A DNA stretch of 64,000 nucleotides, taken from the NCBI RefSeq assembly GCF_031769215.1, contig NW_026782296.1:186001-250000 (forward strand), in the 5' to 3' direction. The notes below the pieces were generated by a model. The model was given only the letters and a program-made list of their open reading frames with translations. It was not told where the DNA came from and ran no database searches. The DNA is from Ylistrum balloti. Lineage: Eukaryota. Both the position numbers and the translations under genes were made by a program. Shown piece after piece: positions 10,810-22,047 of the stretch (position 1 is the stretch's first letter; each line of letters opens with the position of its first letter).

Positions 10810-11757
10810 CATACATTACTAACCAGATCTCCTTACAGTGTCATAACTAGATTTATAAAGTGCAGTAAAGGTGAATTTGAGAGGATGGTTACACATGTAT
10901 CATTAAATATTTGTTCAGACTGGCAGTGTGAGAGTCTGTCCTCTGACATACTATCAACAAAATGAATACTTACTGTGTGAGAGCATGTCCTGAAACACCA
11001 CCTCACCATCAACAAACTGTGTGTGAAAGTCCATCCACAGACATACCATCTCGTCCTTGCCAATTTAGTCTGTCCCTGTTTAAGGATATCTCTATATATC
11101 AGTATTAGGTTTGGTGGATGACATGTTGTTTTTCATTTATTACAGCAGACATCACTTTTCATCATGAAAGTGAAAGGTCTTTATTGGGTAACAAAATATC
11201 TGCTAGAATGGATTTGTGTGTAATGATATGTATATTTTATTGAATTGTTGTGTTTTGTTTTTATGGTGAACTTGGAATTTAACAGATATTATAAACCTAT
11301 ATGTAGAGAGATATTATATCTAGTCTGGCATTTATGTGGCACCAACTGATCTGAAGCATGATGAGTTTTGATACTTTTTATGATTACATCACTGTAAATA
11401 CACTGAATTGTTGTTTATCTACTGTACAAGCCTAGCAAATACTGTTTTATATTTGTTTTGATGAAAATATTTCAAATGAAATCAGTTGATCAAATATTGT
11501 GTTGGTTTTTTTTTAGTCAATGCACCAAACGTGTGTGAGGATGTTGTGAAATACATCCCTGAAGAGTGGAGAATTGTGATACTACACATCATGTTATCAC
11601 ATTGTTCCTTGATACAAAGTACAACAGGTGCATTCTTTAGTCAAATGAGTTCCACACGTTTACTGGGTTAAAACATCTATGCTTCTTCGTATAATTTTCG
11701 GTTAAAACATTTGCTCTGCATACTAAGTTCATTTAAAAGAAGTTAATTCCCTTTTGA

Positions 11758-11763
11758 AATAAA
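11758..11763 (+). terminator. Probable polyadenylation signal of the CISD3-like gene
   Basis: AATAAA followed by the GT-rich element tttctgttgtgtgaagttgtg, about 950 nt after the stop codon. Confidence 0.4.
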
Positions 11764-12292
11764 TATAGTGTCCTTTCTGTTGTGTGAAGTTGTGCAAAAA
11801 TTTTATTTCAAAAATGTATTCTGGTTCCAGTATTTGGATGAAACTGATTGAAATGGATGATATTTTTTTTTATTTCTCAGATTGAGTTCTATGTATTTTG
11901 GGAATGTTACAGCATCAAGTTGAATTTCATCGATTTTTTTATCCCAGGAAGTATGCACCCCGCTTAACAAATTTGTTGGTCCTGTTTATAGTTGTCTGTT
12001 TGTAACCATTACACCTTGAACTTTCGCAGAATGAGACAGTTCTAGACCAGTATCAAATTAAATACATCCCATATTTTCATCTGCTTGCTGTACCATTTCA
12101 TGCCCACTTCGGTTATTAGATGTTCCAGGGTACAATGTAATATCTATCCTTCACCATGTTTTAGGTCATGTGTGAATCTTAAGCTAGGGTTCTTTGTGTT
12201 GATCTTGGTGGTTAATCAGGAAAAACGACAGAAAGAAACAAAAGATAAGGTAGGAAGTCATAGGATTTGTGTAGTTGTTTTGATTATAAGCA

Positions 12293-13260
12293 ACAGAAGG
12301 TTGATGAAGATTGTGGGCAGGGAAAGGTTTATGAAGACTATGGGCAGAGAAAGGTTGATGAAGACTATGGGCAGAGAAATGTTGATGAAGACTATGGGCA
12401 GGGGAAGGTTGATAAAGATTATGGGCAGGGGAAGGTTTATGAAGATTATGGGCAGAGAAAGGTTGATTATGGGCAGGGGAAGGTTGATAAAGATTATGGG
12501 CAGGGAAAGGTTGATGAAGACTATGGGCAGGGGAAGGTTGATAAAGATTATGGGCAGGGGAAGGTTTATGAAGATTATGGGCAGAGAAAGGTTGATGAAG
12601 ACTATGGGCAGGGGAAGGTTGATAAAGATTATGGGCAGGGGAAGGTTGATGAAGATTATGGGCAGGGAAAGGTTGATGAAGACTATGGGCAGGGGAAGGT
12701 TGATAAAGATTATGGGCAGGGGAAGGTTTATGAAGATTATGGGCAGGGGAAGGTTGATAAAGATTATGGGCAGGGGAAGGTTGATGAAGATTATGGGCAG
12801 GGGAAGGTTGATGAAGATTATGGGCAGGGAAAGGTTGATGAAGATTATGGGCAGGGAAAGGTTGATGAAGACTATGGGCAGGGGAAGGTTGATAAAGATT
12901 ATGGGCAGGGGAAGGTTGATGAAGATTATGGGCAGAGAAAGGTTGATGAAGACTATGGGCAGGGGAAGATAAAGTTTATGAAGATTATGGGCAGAGGAAG
13001 GTTGAAGATTATGAAAAGGTTGATGAAGATTAGCAAGGGAAGGTTGATGGGCAGGGGAAGGTTTATGAAAACTATGGGCAGGGAAAGGTTCATGAAGATT
13101 ATAAGAAAGGGAAGGATGAAGAAGACTATGGGGAGAGGAAAGTTGATGAAGACTATGGGTAGGAGAAGGTTGATGAAGACTATGGACAGATGATGGTTGA
13201 TTAAGACTATGGGCAGGGGAAAGTTGATGAAGACTATGGACAGGGGAAGGTTGTGGATGA
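12293..13260. repeat. 27-bp minisatellite (ggcaggggaaggttgatgaagattatg)n, degenerate at the 3' end
   Basis: Visible periodicity; open in two plus frames as (YGQGKVDED)n and (MGRGRLMKI)n. Confidence 0.95.
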
Positions 13261-13439
13261 CTGGTCAGTGGAAGGTTGATGAAGGCTACATGGAAGTTAA
13301 ATGGACGTCAACACTTCATCATCGGCAAAGTATGATGATTCTTTTCTTTGTATGACGTGAGGTTTAATTTTCGTTAGCACGTCTGATGGTCCTGTTGTTA
13401 TGAACCTGGTTCTTTTTTGGGAGCGTGACATTGCTTACC

Positions 13440-13540
13440 CGAATGTGGTCGATGAAGAAGACGCTAACCCTTCCGGAACACCTAACATTTTTTCTTTCCT
13501 GTTTTCAATAGTCTTCGTGTTGTTCATGTCTTAGCCTCGT
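13440..13540 (+). mobile_element. Possible degenerate interspersed-repeat end
   Basis: gacgctaacccttccggaacacct resembles the gcttacccttccggagcacct motif I recall from bivalve interspersed repeats; not verified. Confidence 0.25.
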
Positions 13541-15038
13541 TTCATCGATTATAACCTTCTATGTCGGTGTTTTCTTGTTATTTGCTAGACACAGTTGTAC
13601 TTATCTCTACGAGGCCTGAAACCGTGTACATGGACTTTAATTTCATTTGCATTCGGCACGTGTCGTATTTTTACGTTTGTTATAACCCCCTTTATGTGAA
13701 TATGCTCTTAGCTTACCTTATAAAACCTTGGCATCCCTGGCTCGGGAACGGGAATAATGTCCCGAAATAATTTTGTGAGAAACATGTTCAGAATTTTAAA
13801 AATGTAGTCTCCAAACAAGAAAAAGTTACCAAAATAACCGTGTATTTGGAATCAAAGGTATTTCATTAACCATTGCACTGTATCGTTATTTTCTTATGAA
13901 ATATACTCACATGATAACTTTAGGCTGCTGTCGTAGAAATTGAAATGGGACCGCTTTACAATTCTTTTTTTTTACATTTAGAAAGGTATAGATCGATACC
14001 GGAACCGGTCGGGGATTACAAAGTTTTCTATAGGGAATTATTAATGCTTCGGTTTAATGACGTAGATAATAATTTGCTATGTCGAACCCATAGAAGTATG
14101 ATTTCGTGTCCGAGAGGTCAGCGATGAAATTTGAACTTTTAAACGTGTCATTTTCACTCAGAAATATGGAATTTGGGGCGACGCCTGTAAAATTTATAGA
14201 AATGATGATATTCTACTAAACGTGTTTGAGCCAATTGCTTTTACCTAAAACCTTTCTCTTGTAAGAGTGAAATAGTGTTCTTTGTAGTCGGGTTGTTTTT
14301 CTCTGTTGTGTCATAAAAGCCAATTACCACGTTTTAAGTTACGCACTACGTGTTAAAGATAATGTTTAACAACTTTGTTCGATTATTCCCCATATTTACA
14401 TTTTAATGATTAAAATGGATATATTCATAATATACGTGTACGTCGTTGTACTAAAAATCCAAAGCTTGTATATTCTCTGCAGAATAACTGAAACCATGCG
14501 AGTTGTTTCGTATTGATACTATAACCAGTAATTCAGTTCCAATATATGATATTTTAATGTAAATGCAAGACATATCAGTCACAAAGATGAATAAACTTAC
14601 ATTCGTTACAGACAGTATAGCATAGGCAAGCTGGGAGGATTTTAACATTAAGTAGGTAATTAATCATATTCTTTCGTTTAGTATCACGATCAGCGCATCC
14701 TGTTTGTTTTACTCCGAATCCTTATGCAAACACCAACGGAATCAAATCCTTGCAAGTAGCCATATCGACAAACGATCAACAGCATACTCAAAATTAGAAT
14801 GTAAGGAAAATCGGGAGATCCAATTGTTTGATACGGTGATGACCATTGGAATATGCAACAATCCGACTATGAACAGTAAATATTGCATTTTGCCCTCTTA
14901 TGAGAACTCTATATGTGCTGCAGCGGATTTCATTTTTTGCCAAGTCGGAACATTCAAAAGTTCATGCATGTTCACTTAAGTTCCATTCAAATTATTTCAC
15001 AACTGGTTGTTGAAGACGTTCGTTGATTCCGATTTGAC

Positions 15039-16607
15039 CTACGTTGAGTTATTAAATCGTATGACCTTGACATTGCCGTAATCAAAGCCGACCCACATAT
15101 CGCCATTTTTGCACATGCCCATACATGTCGGCCCGATATCATCATCAAACAGTGTTCGTATCGTCTGTCCATGTCTGTCGATCAGAATCAAAGATTTAGT
15201 CCGACCGTCTGCGATCATGACATTACCTTGACGGTCAAAGCAAACATCCCAAGGCTGGAACTCGTCCTGCTCCGCGCCGTTTTCGGCTAGTTGTCCAGAA
15301 TAATCGGTATTCCCTTGATAACGAGCGAGAAGCTTCAAATCTTTGTCAAACAATACGACATGACGTGGGGAATTGGCTTCCAACACCACCATATCACCAT
15401 TGCTTCTGTTAACACGTATGCAAACTGGTTTGCAAAACAGCGGTTTTCCGTCCGCGCCGAAATTAATCGTCTGCATGATTTTGCCCTTGTGCGTTACTCT
15501 CACGAGATTCTGTTCCCGATGACGACAGACGGTCACGCATCCCTCTTGTTCCGACTCGCTCAGACTGTTGGCGTAGCATTCTGTGTGGAACATGATTTTG
15601 CATTCTCCACTGGGCAATATCTCTCTAATACTGCCGTCCCCGCAGCAGACCATTGTTTTGTTTCCGTCCGCTGTACATGTCACGTCCGTAATCCAAACAC
15701 CATCGTCCACCTTTGATGTCTGCACCATGTCACCTTTGGCAGAAACTAAGTGGGCCTCGTTACTTCCGCCGCAAATTACCCACGACTTGTGCTCGTCCAC
15801 TGGCCACACTGACCGGATGTACTTTTGAGCTGATAGCTCAAATGACGCCAGAACAGACACGGTGAAGAGTTTCGTTGGCTTTTGAGCTGGTTGGTTGACA
15901 ACAGGTGTGTAATCCTCTTCTGCCAACCCCATTTTATCGAGTCGCCATTCTTTCTTGCTCATGGATCCGTACGCGTTCTGGAGTTGTTCACTACTTGAAT
16001 TTTCCACATTGGAAGACAATTTTGGAGTGTTAAGAACCGGAAGTTGATCTGGTTTTCGGAGGACTAGTGATCTCAGATTTCGTTCCATCAAGGCATATTC
16101 CTCGAATTTCTCACATCCTATCACTATTTTGCATTTCTGAATCGTTTGTTTCAGGTCGTTCATTGACTTTTCAAGTGTTTCCTCTAGTTTTCCCATGACG
16201 TTATCGTTTTGAGTCCCAACAGCTTTACACTCGTCTATTAAGTTTTCTGTAATTTTATCAATTTTATTCTTCAGTTCCCTACCTCTCACTCTCACTTCAT
16301 TGACCGTTTCATCAATAGATTTTTGGTTTTGGTCCTGAAGTTTTTTCAGCCTTTTCAACTTTCCATCCATTCCTTTAACTTTACCGTCAGCTTTTTGTAC
16401 TAATCGCAGAAATGACTCCTTCTTTGTATCGTAGTATCCCTCCATTTCTGCGCACGTGTGTTTAATGTGCGTTGTACTAACGCATTTCCGACATATAGGC
16501 TCGTCCTTGCACGTGATGCAAACCATGTCAAACTTCCGGTCTGAATGTTGAGAACATATTCGGTTCTTTAAGTCATCATTTCCACCATTCATTTTTTCAG
16601 CAGCCAT
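15039..16607 (-). CDS. RING-less TRIM-like protein: B-box2, coiled coil, NHL-type beta-propeller; intronless CDS, 522 aa
   Basis: Long ORF in the track. An acceptor (tatttcag) at 16623 places the start at ATG 16607 (MAAEKMNGG). B-box CSQH...CITC...ICRKCVSTTHIKH, heptad-rich region up to about residue 190, then propeller-like repeats (PWDVCFDRQGNVMIAD, PTCMGMCKNGDMWVG). Confidence 0.88.
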   Translation of the reverse strand: MAAEKMNGGNDDLKNRICSQHSDRKFDMVCITCKDEPICRKCVSTTHIKHTCAEMEGYYDTKKESFLRLVQKADGKVKGMDGKLKRLKKLQDQNQKSIDETVNEVRVRGRELKNKIDKITENLIDECKAVGTQNDNVMGKLEETLEKSMNDLKQTIQKCKIVIGCEKFEEYALMERNLRSLVLRKPDQLPVLNTPKLSSNVENSSSEQLQNAYGSMSKKEWRLDKMGLAEEDYTPVVNQPAQKPTKLFTVSVLASFELSAQKYIRSVWPVDEHKSWVICGGSNEAHLVSAKGDMVQTSKVDDGVWITDVTCTADGNKTMVCCGDGSIREILPSGECKIMFHTECYANSLSESEQEGCVTVCRHREQNLVRVTHKGKIMQTINFGADGKPLFCKPVCIRVNRSNGDMVVLEANSPRHVVLFDKDLKLLARYQGNTDYSGQLAENGAEQDEFQPWDVCFDRQGNVMIADGRTKSLILIDRHGQTIRTLFDDDIGPTCMGMCKNGDMWVGFDYGNVKVIRFNNST

Positions 16608-19600
16608 TGTATAATATTCCACCTGAAATACAGAGAACAATGTTTCATGTATAGACGATTGTCCAAAGAAATACAGACATGTTAGTATACAAAATAAGGA
16701 TGTGACGTTTCCCAGAGCGTGACTGTATGTAATGCACTATGTTAGCATTGATTACCTGTCTGATGTTGTCGACATTTCAAAGGATAATCAACCGTTCCCT
16801 GTATAACGTATACATTACCTATTGCCTGTTCGCCAATCGCACGCGCCCAGATCGATGTTTACCAATATGATGTATACTTGGCAGACCGTTTCTAGTCCAG
16901 TTCACCGTATCATCTATTGTTTTGACTATGTTTCGTTTAACTTTTTGATATTTCACTTTGATTCGTGTGTTACTGATTATTCGGGATGTAATTGACAAGA
17001 TTTGGTTTTGTTTGAGAATCGGGTATTGGTACCATGATACTGTGTGTGTTTTTTTTTAATCTTCCGTATTCATATTGTGTGAAGGCGCGGTAAATAATGG
17101 CAATTATGAACTCATGAGTGACCCTTCACATATTGAAATAACTATAGATGTTGAAAAACCAGGATCGATATATACCATTGTTTAATTTGTGATCAGTCGT
17201 TCATGCGAGTCTTGCGCTACAGCTTCGTTAGCTTGTTGGAATGGCAATACCCGACTTCCTCGTATATCCGATATGACGGTTAATTCTATTTCGTACGTAA
17301 TACACACCATAGTTATCTCAATGGATTTACCATATCAATCAATTCAACAACTACGGTTAATCTGATATGTCCTTATTTCGAAGAACTCGTTAGCAAACTG
17401 TTGATCAGTCCTTTGTTAAACAACTGGCGGTACCGCTTGTCATCAGATTAATATTGGTTCTCACAGTTTGCATGAATGACACACATAGCGTTAAAAAAGA
17501 TATAGTCGGTTCTTGTTTGGTTATAAAATTAATCTAAGACAGAAATACTACTCTAGACGCTTGTATCTAAAGTTCATGTGGTCATCGTGAAAAGATTTTA
17601 CGAAAAGATGTAGACCGGTATTCTACAAGACTTAACCAATATAGAAATACACAGCTCTAATATCATTTCCTTCGTTAACCAGGCTAGAATCGATACGAGT
17701 TCCTCTCTAAAAAAAGGTTTGCATTTTTTCAAGCGGACATGTATATCTGATTTTTAAAAATTCTAATTCTTTATCTCTGTAAACAAATTTGAAAATATCT
17801 CTGAATTTAAAACATTCTATTTCAGCTCAAATTTACAAATGCTGTCGTAAACAGAACGTGAGCTTCCAAGTGTTACGACTGGGTGAAATTAAGGAAAATA
17901 TTTTAAAGAAAACGATATCTTTGGACCTGACCACTATTAATAAAATAATTGATGAGACAGACCACTTGCGAACAGGGCGATAAAACACGGTACTAGTGGA
18001 CAAATACATTGTGGTCAGTTCGTGGACAAGGCTAGGTTATTACCACAGAGTGGTCACAGAACTTACCTTGAACCTTTTATCGGAACGACCTGTCCGTTAC
18101 TTTTCCATATACAAATGTGTTGTTGTGGACAATTTGGCTATTGAAAAATACTTAGACATATGTTAAAAGCTGAATTTGACAATATAGATCTAAATGGCGA
18201 AAAGATAAACCCTGCTTGAATACATGTATAAATAATGTTTCAATAAAAGTACTTACAATTCTCCTTGTAATTCGTCGGTCCCTCTGAATTTCTCACAGAT
18301 ACATCGCTCAGCTAAGAGACCCTCGAGTTCTAATCCGTTAACGTTTGACCCTTCAATATAAACACGAACAAAAAATTGTCACGATCCCCTCTTCCAACAA
18401 AGACTAGTATCTACTGGGATTGGTTTAGATCTTTAAATACCGTTAATGTATCAATTCCTTCTGTATGCGATATCTTACGAATCTAAATAAACGCTTGAAC
18501 TAAAGGCCTCTAGTATATCGATTGTAGATGTAAAAAATCATTACTCATGTGTATATTGTCCCAGCTACAATAAACGATTTAATTCCAAAACAAGTAGCCG
18601 GCCTACTGAACCGGACTAATTAAAATGTATACAACTCATTCTCGTTCTATGTTGTATTACGGACTGACTTCCCGCTGTTGTATTGATAAACAGTTTAAAG
18701 TCCTTTTTATTCCCAAGATTATGGTATTTCTACAAATTAAGACGATTATAAGCAGACCATGCTTGTATAAACATGTTTTATAAAGAATAATCTGTTATAA
18801 TTTAACGGTGTTTCTATCAGTTATGTCAAGCTTAATCTGCTTAATGACACCACGCGAAAAAAAATATCGATTAATACATTATAAAATTATCGTTAAAATT
18901 AACAACATGCACGATTTTATTTTAAGTTATTGCCTCTAAAAGTTATTCTAAACAAGACAAACTATATTTTCAAACTAAATTTAGGAATATGTCCAAGTTT
19001 CCAACACGGTTATAAACATGTGTCCTCTTTCCGACACCATATCGGGTTTTATCGGTACCTCCTAATCTCCTGCTAAATCACGCCACTTGATTTATAATAA
19101 TGGCTTATAACCAATTACATTGTTAAGTCTATAAAAAAACTATTTTACTTAATTAAATTTAGATTCTGTAATCGCAGGAGGTATATTAACATCTTATCTT
19201 TATGTATACACCACGTGTGATAGATCACAGTGTACGTATATTTAGAACAATTTTGGTAACACCTTTAGCCAGCCAAGTACTCGGTCATGTTACAAGATAC
19301 ACTGGTATATATCTTACCGTGATAAATACAGACTAGTCAAGTCTTTCACAGTATCAAAACATGATTCATTAATTGAATATTTTTTGATAATTAGATGATT
19401 AAGGGAAATATCTACAATAGTTGAATTTCAATTTCATTTGGACACGATCAAAGGCGATCACCGCATTTGCTACCTTGAACATCACAACCTGTTTTCTTAT
19501 TGATTGTTCTTGGCACACTAGGAACCAAAAGATACAAGGTACACTCACATCATATCGCATGCATTCCGCAGGTAACCACACGTCAATCAATCAGCGAACG

Positions 19601-22041
19601 TGAATTCCTTATTCTTATTATCTGATGTCTTTTACATTTACGTAGTTCAAGTGTGTTGCCAGTTACACTTGTGTGTGACGTTTGAATCAACAGTAAAGCA
19701 TACGATCACTAGTGAAGGGATGGCAATTAAATCGGTTGAATTTTCGGCTATGCTATACTCCTGTCTACTGTGTCAATTAAATTAATGTGGAAATAGGCTA
19801 TTGGTAATTATCAATAAGTACATCAGGTAGTAAGAATTAACGTATTGTCCTAGGAAAGTCTATTGGCTACGTCTGTTTAAAGCCTTGTCATATGATAGAG
19901 TCTATGGGCCCGCTCATCCCGGTTTAGAACCGTCCCGCTAAGACACATCAATATGTCTTTACTATGTGGTAACAATTTACGTATTGACCCACGAAAGTCG
20001 ATTGACAACATCTGTTTAAAACCGGGTCATAGATATGATAGAGTCTAAGGTACGTTTATCTTGGTTAAGAACCGTTCCGCTACAGCGTATCTCGATGACT
20101 TCCGCGACCTGCCGTTTGAAAAGATTATTTTGTGTAATCATCACTCTAGAATTATCCCCGTCATTAATATAGTTTTACTGTAAGTGTGTCATAATTTTAA
20201 GTGTCGATTTATTGTTTGGGACACTGTCATTTCTGCTGTAATTAAATCCTTGTTTAGATGTGGTAAGTGTTTATAGGCGCTTTTAACAAGAGATCCCAGA
20301 TGGATCTTGTCGCCCACCATTTTTGTCTTTGATAGCTGGATCTTTTCCCTTCTTTTCTCTTCTCTGTTTTTGCCCTTAATGATTAGAAATTTGAACATTC
20401 ATTTGCTGAAATAGCGATAATAATCTTTAAAGGCCAAATCCAAGATGGTCGCAATTCCCCCGCCGACTTTTTTTTTTCATTACAATCAAACCACTGGCAC
20501 AAATAGGGGCCAAGAAGAACCTACTTATGAAATCCCTGATAGATTCATTCAGTTCTTCTCAAATGAGTGAAATTGAACGGCTTTGCAAGGTCTTTGTGAC
20601 CTGTTTTGATAAGCTCTTCAATAAATTTAGCTTTGTATGCAAAACAAAAACAAGTCAGCCAACAGAGGGACGCAGTTAGTTCTCAATGGTATGCCAATAG
20701 CCTGTTTGAAGATCTTAACGGCAAACTCGACCAAGATAATGCCAACGATTCCATGCTTCTGCACAATATAACCATAGTTTACTGCAAAATCAGCATTCCA
20801 GTAAGAACCATTTTATGAAACATCTCGCGACATTGTAGCTTTATTAGCTCTCTCAGTAGTACATACAATGCAATTTCAACTTGAAACTTTACACAAATTA
20901 GATATGATCAGCCCTGAATTTGGACAGATCTACCATGCAAGAGGGCCTATATACAGTGAAGAGATGTACTGTGTGTGTAATATACGGTTTATATTGCTGA
21001 CTAAAAATATCGTCCTTGATGACTGTTGCCGACGGTTCAGACCATCTAAGGTGTAAATATCTAATATAAAAGTGACATATTTATAAATAGCAGACGTGTG
21101 ACGTCATGTTGTGATGCGAATGACCTGCTTTGCACGCCTTGTGACGAATTTCCTAACCGCATGGAAAGATGTTTTCAAAGAGACCATGTTGTCGTTACCT
21201 TAGATTTCATGTACTGAGCATGAATAGAACGAGACTAGAAGCGTACACTGCTGCTGACGATGAACATTCATCGAATTGTACAAATCAATTCATTTATAAT
21301 ACAGTTTATAATAGATACAGCAGAGCCAAACTGCATGGTGCAGCTGTTTAGTCCGTGATTTGGTAGTGAAGTTAGCTCTCTAGTGTTAAAACATTGGTGG
21401 TTATTTAGGAAAATCAAAATTGGTAGAATAAATGTAAAGAAAACGAGAGGCCACCCTTTTCTTTCATTTCATTGGACTGTCAACAATATTTATGGAGTTG
21501 TTGCTCTTTGTTTTATTCAGCATTTTCGTCTTTTCCACAGATTCCTCATTTTCCACTGATCTCTATTTAAAAAACGTAGCGCTACTAGTATTTCACCAGT
21601 CACATTTGGATGTGATGAGTTTTGGAGAATTAAATCACATTTTGTTCTTTTCCATGTTTTGATCATGTTTGGAAATCCTCTTTATTATAACGGAAAATCT
21701 TCCTCAGATGCATTTCGACAAGACAATTATTTTTTCATTTCCTGATTTCAATTCAATAATGTTTTTCTCTTTCGTATCAGACGGACTTATACCTCTATCC
21801 TATGCCTGTCATACTCTTGTAATTTGGTTTCAAATACAGATATACAGTGTATATGAATGTGTGTGTATAATTTCTGAAAATAAATTCATTTGTTTTGTTT
21901 TTCACAAAATAGAAAAGGACAAAACACATAAATTCTGAGAAACAATATAAATTAAAAATTGCATATAGATTTCAAGGTAAAAACAAAAAACAAAAAACTC
22001 AAATCTTACTTTCACATTTAATCTGAGAAACAGAAAAAAAG

Positions 22042-22047
22042 TTTATT
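22042..22047 (-). terminator. Probable polyadenylation signal of Munc18 (3' UTR about 3.8 kb)
   Basis: AATAAA on the minus strand followed by U/GU-rich downstream sequence; CpG-poor composition continues from the stop codon to about this point. Confidence 0.4.

Noticed and set aside
15291-15828. Plus-strand ORFs of 141 and 81 aa
   Set aside because: Antisense shadows of the TRIM-like CDS.
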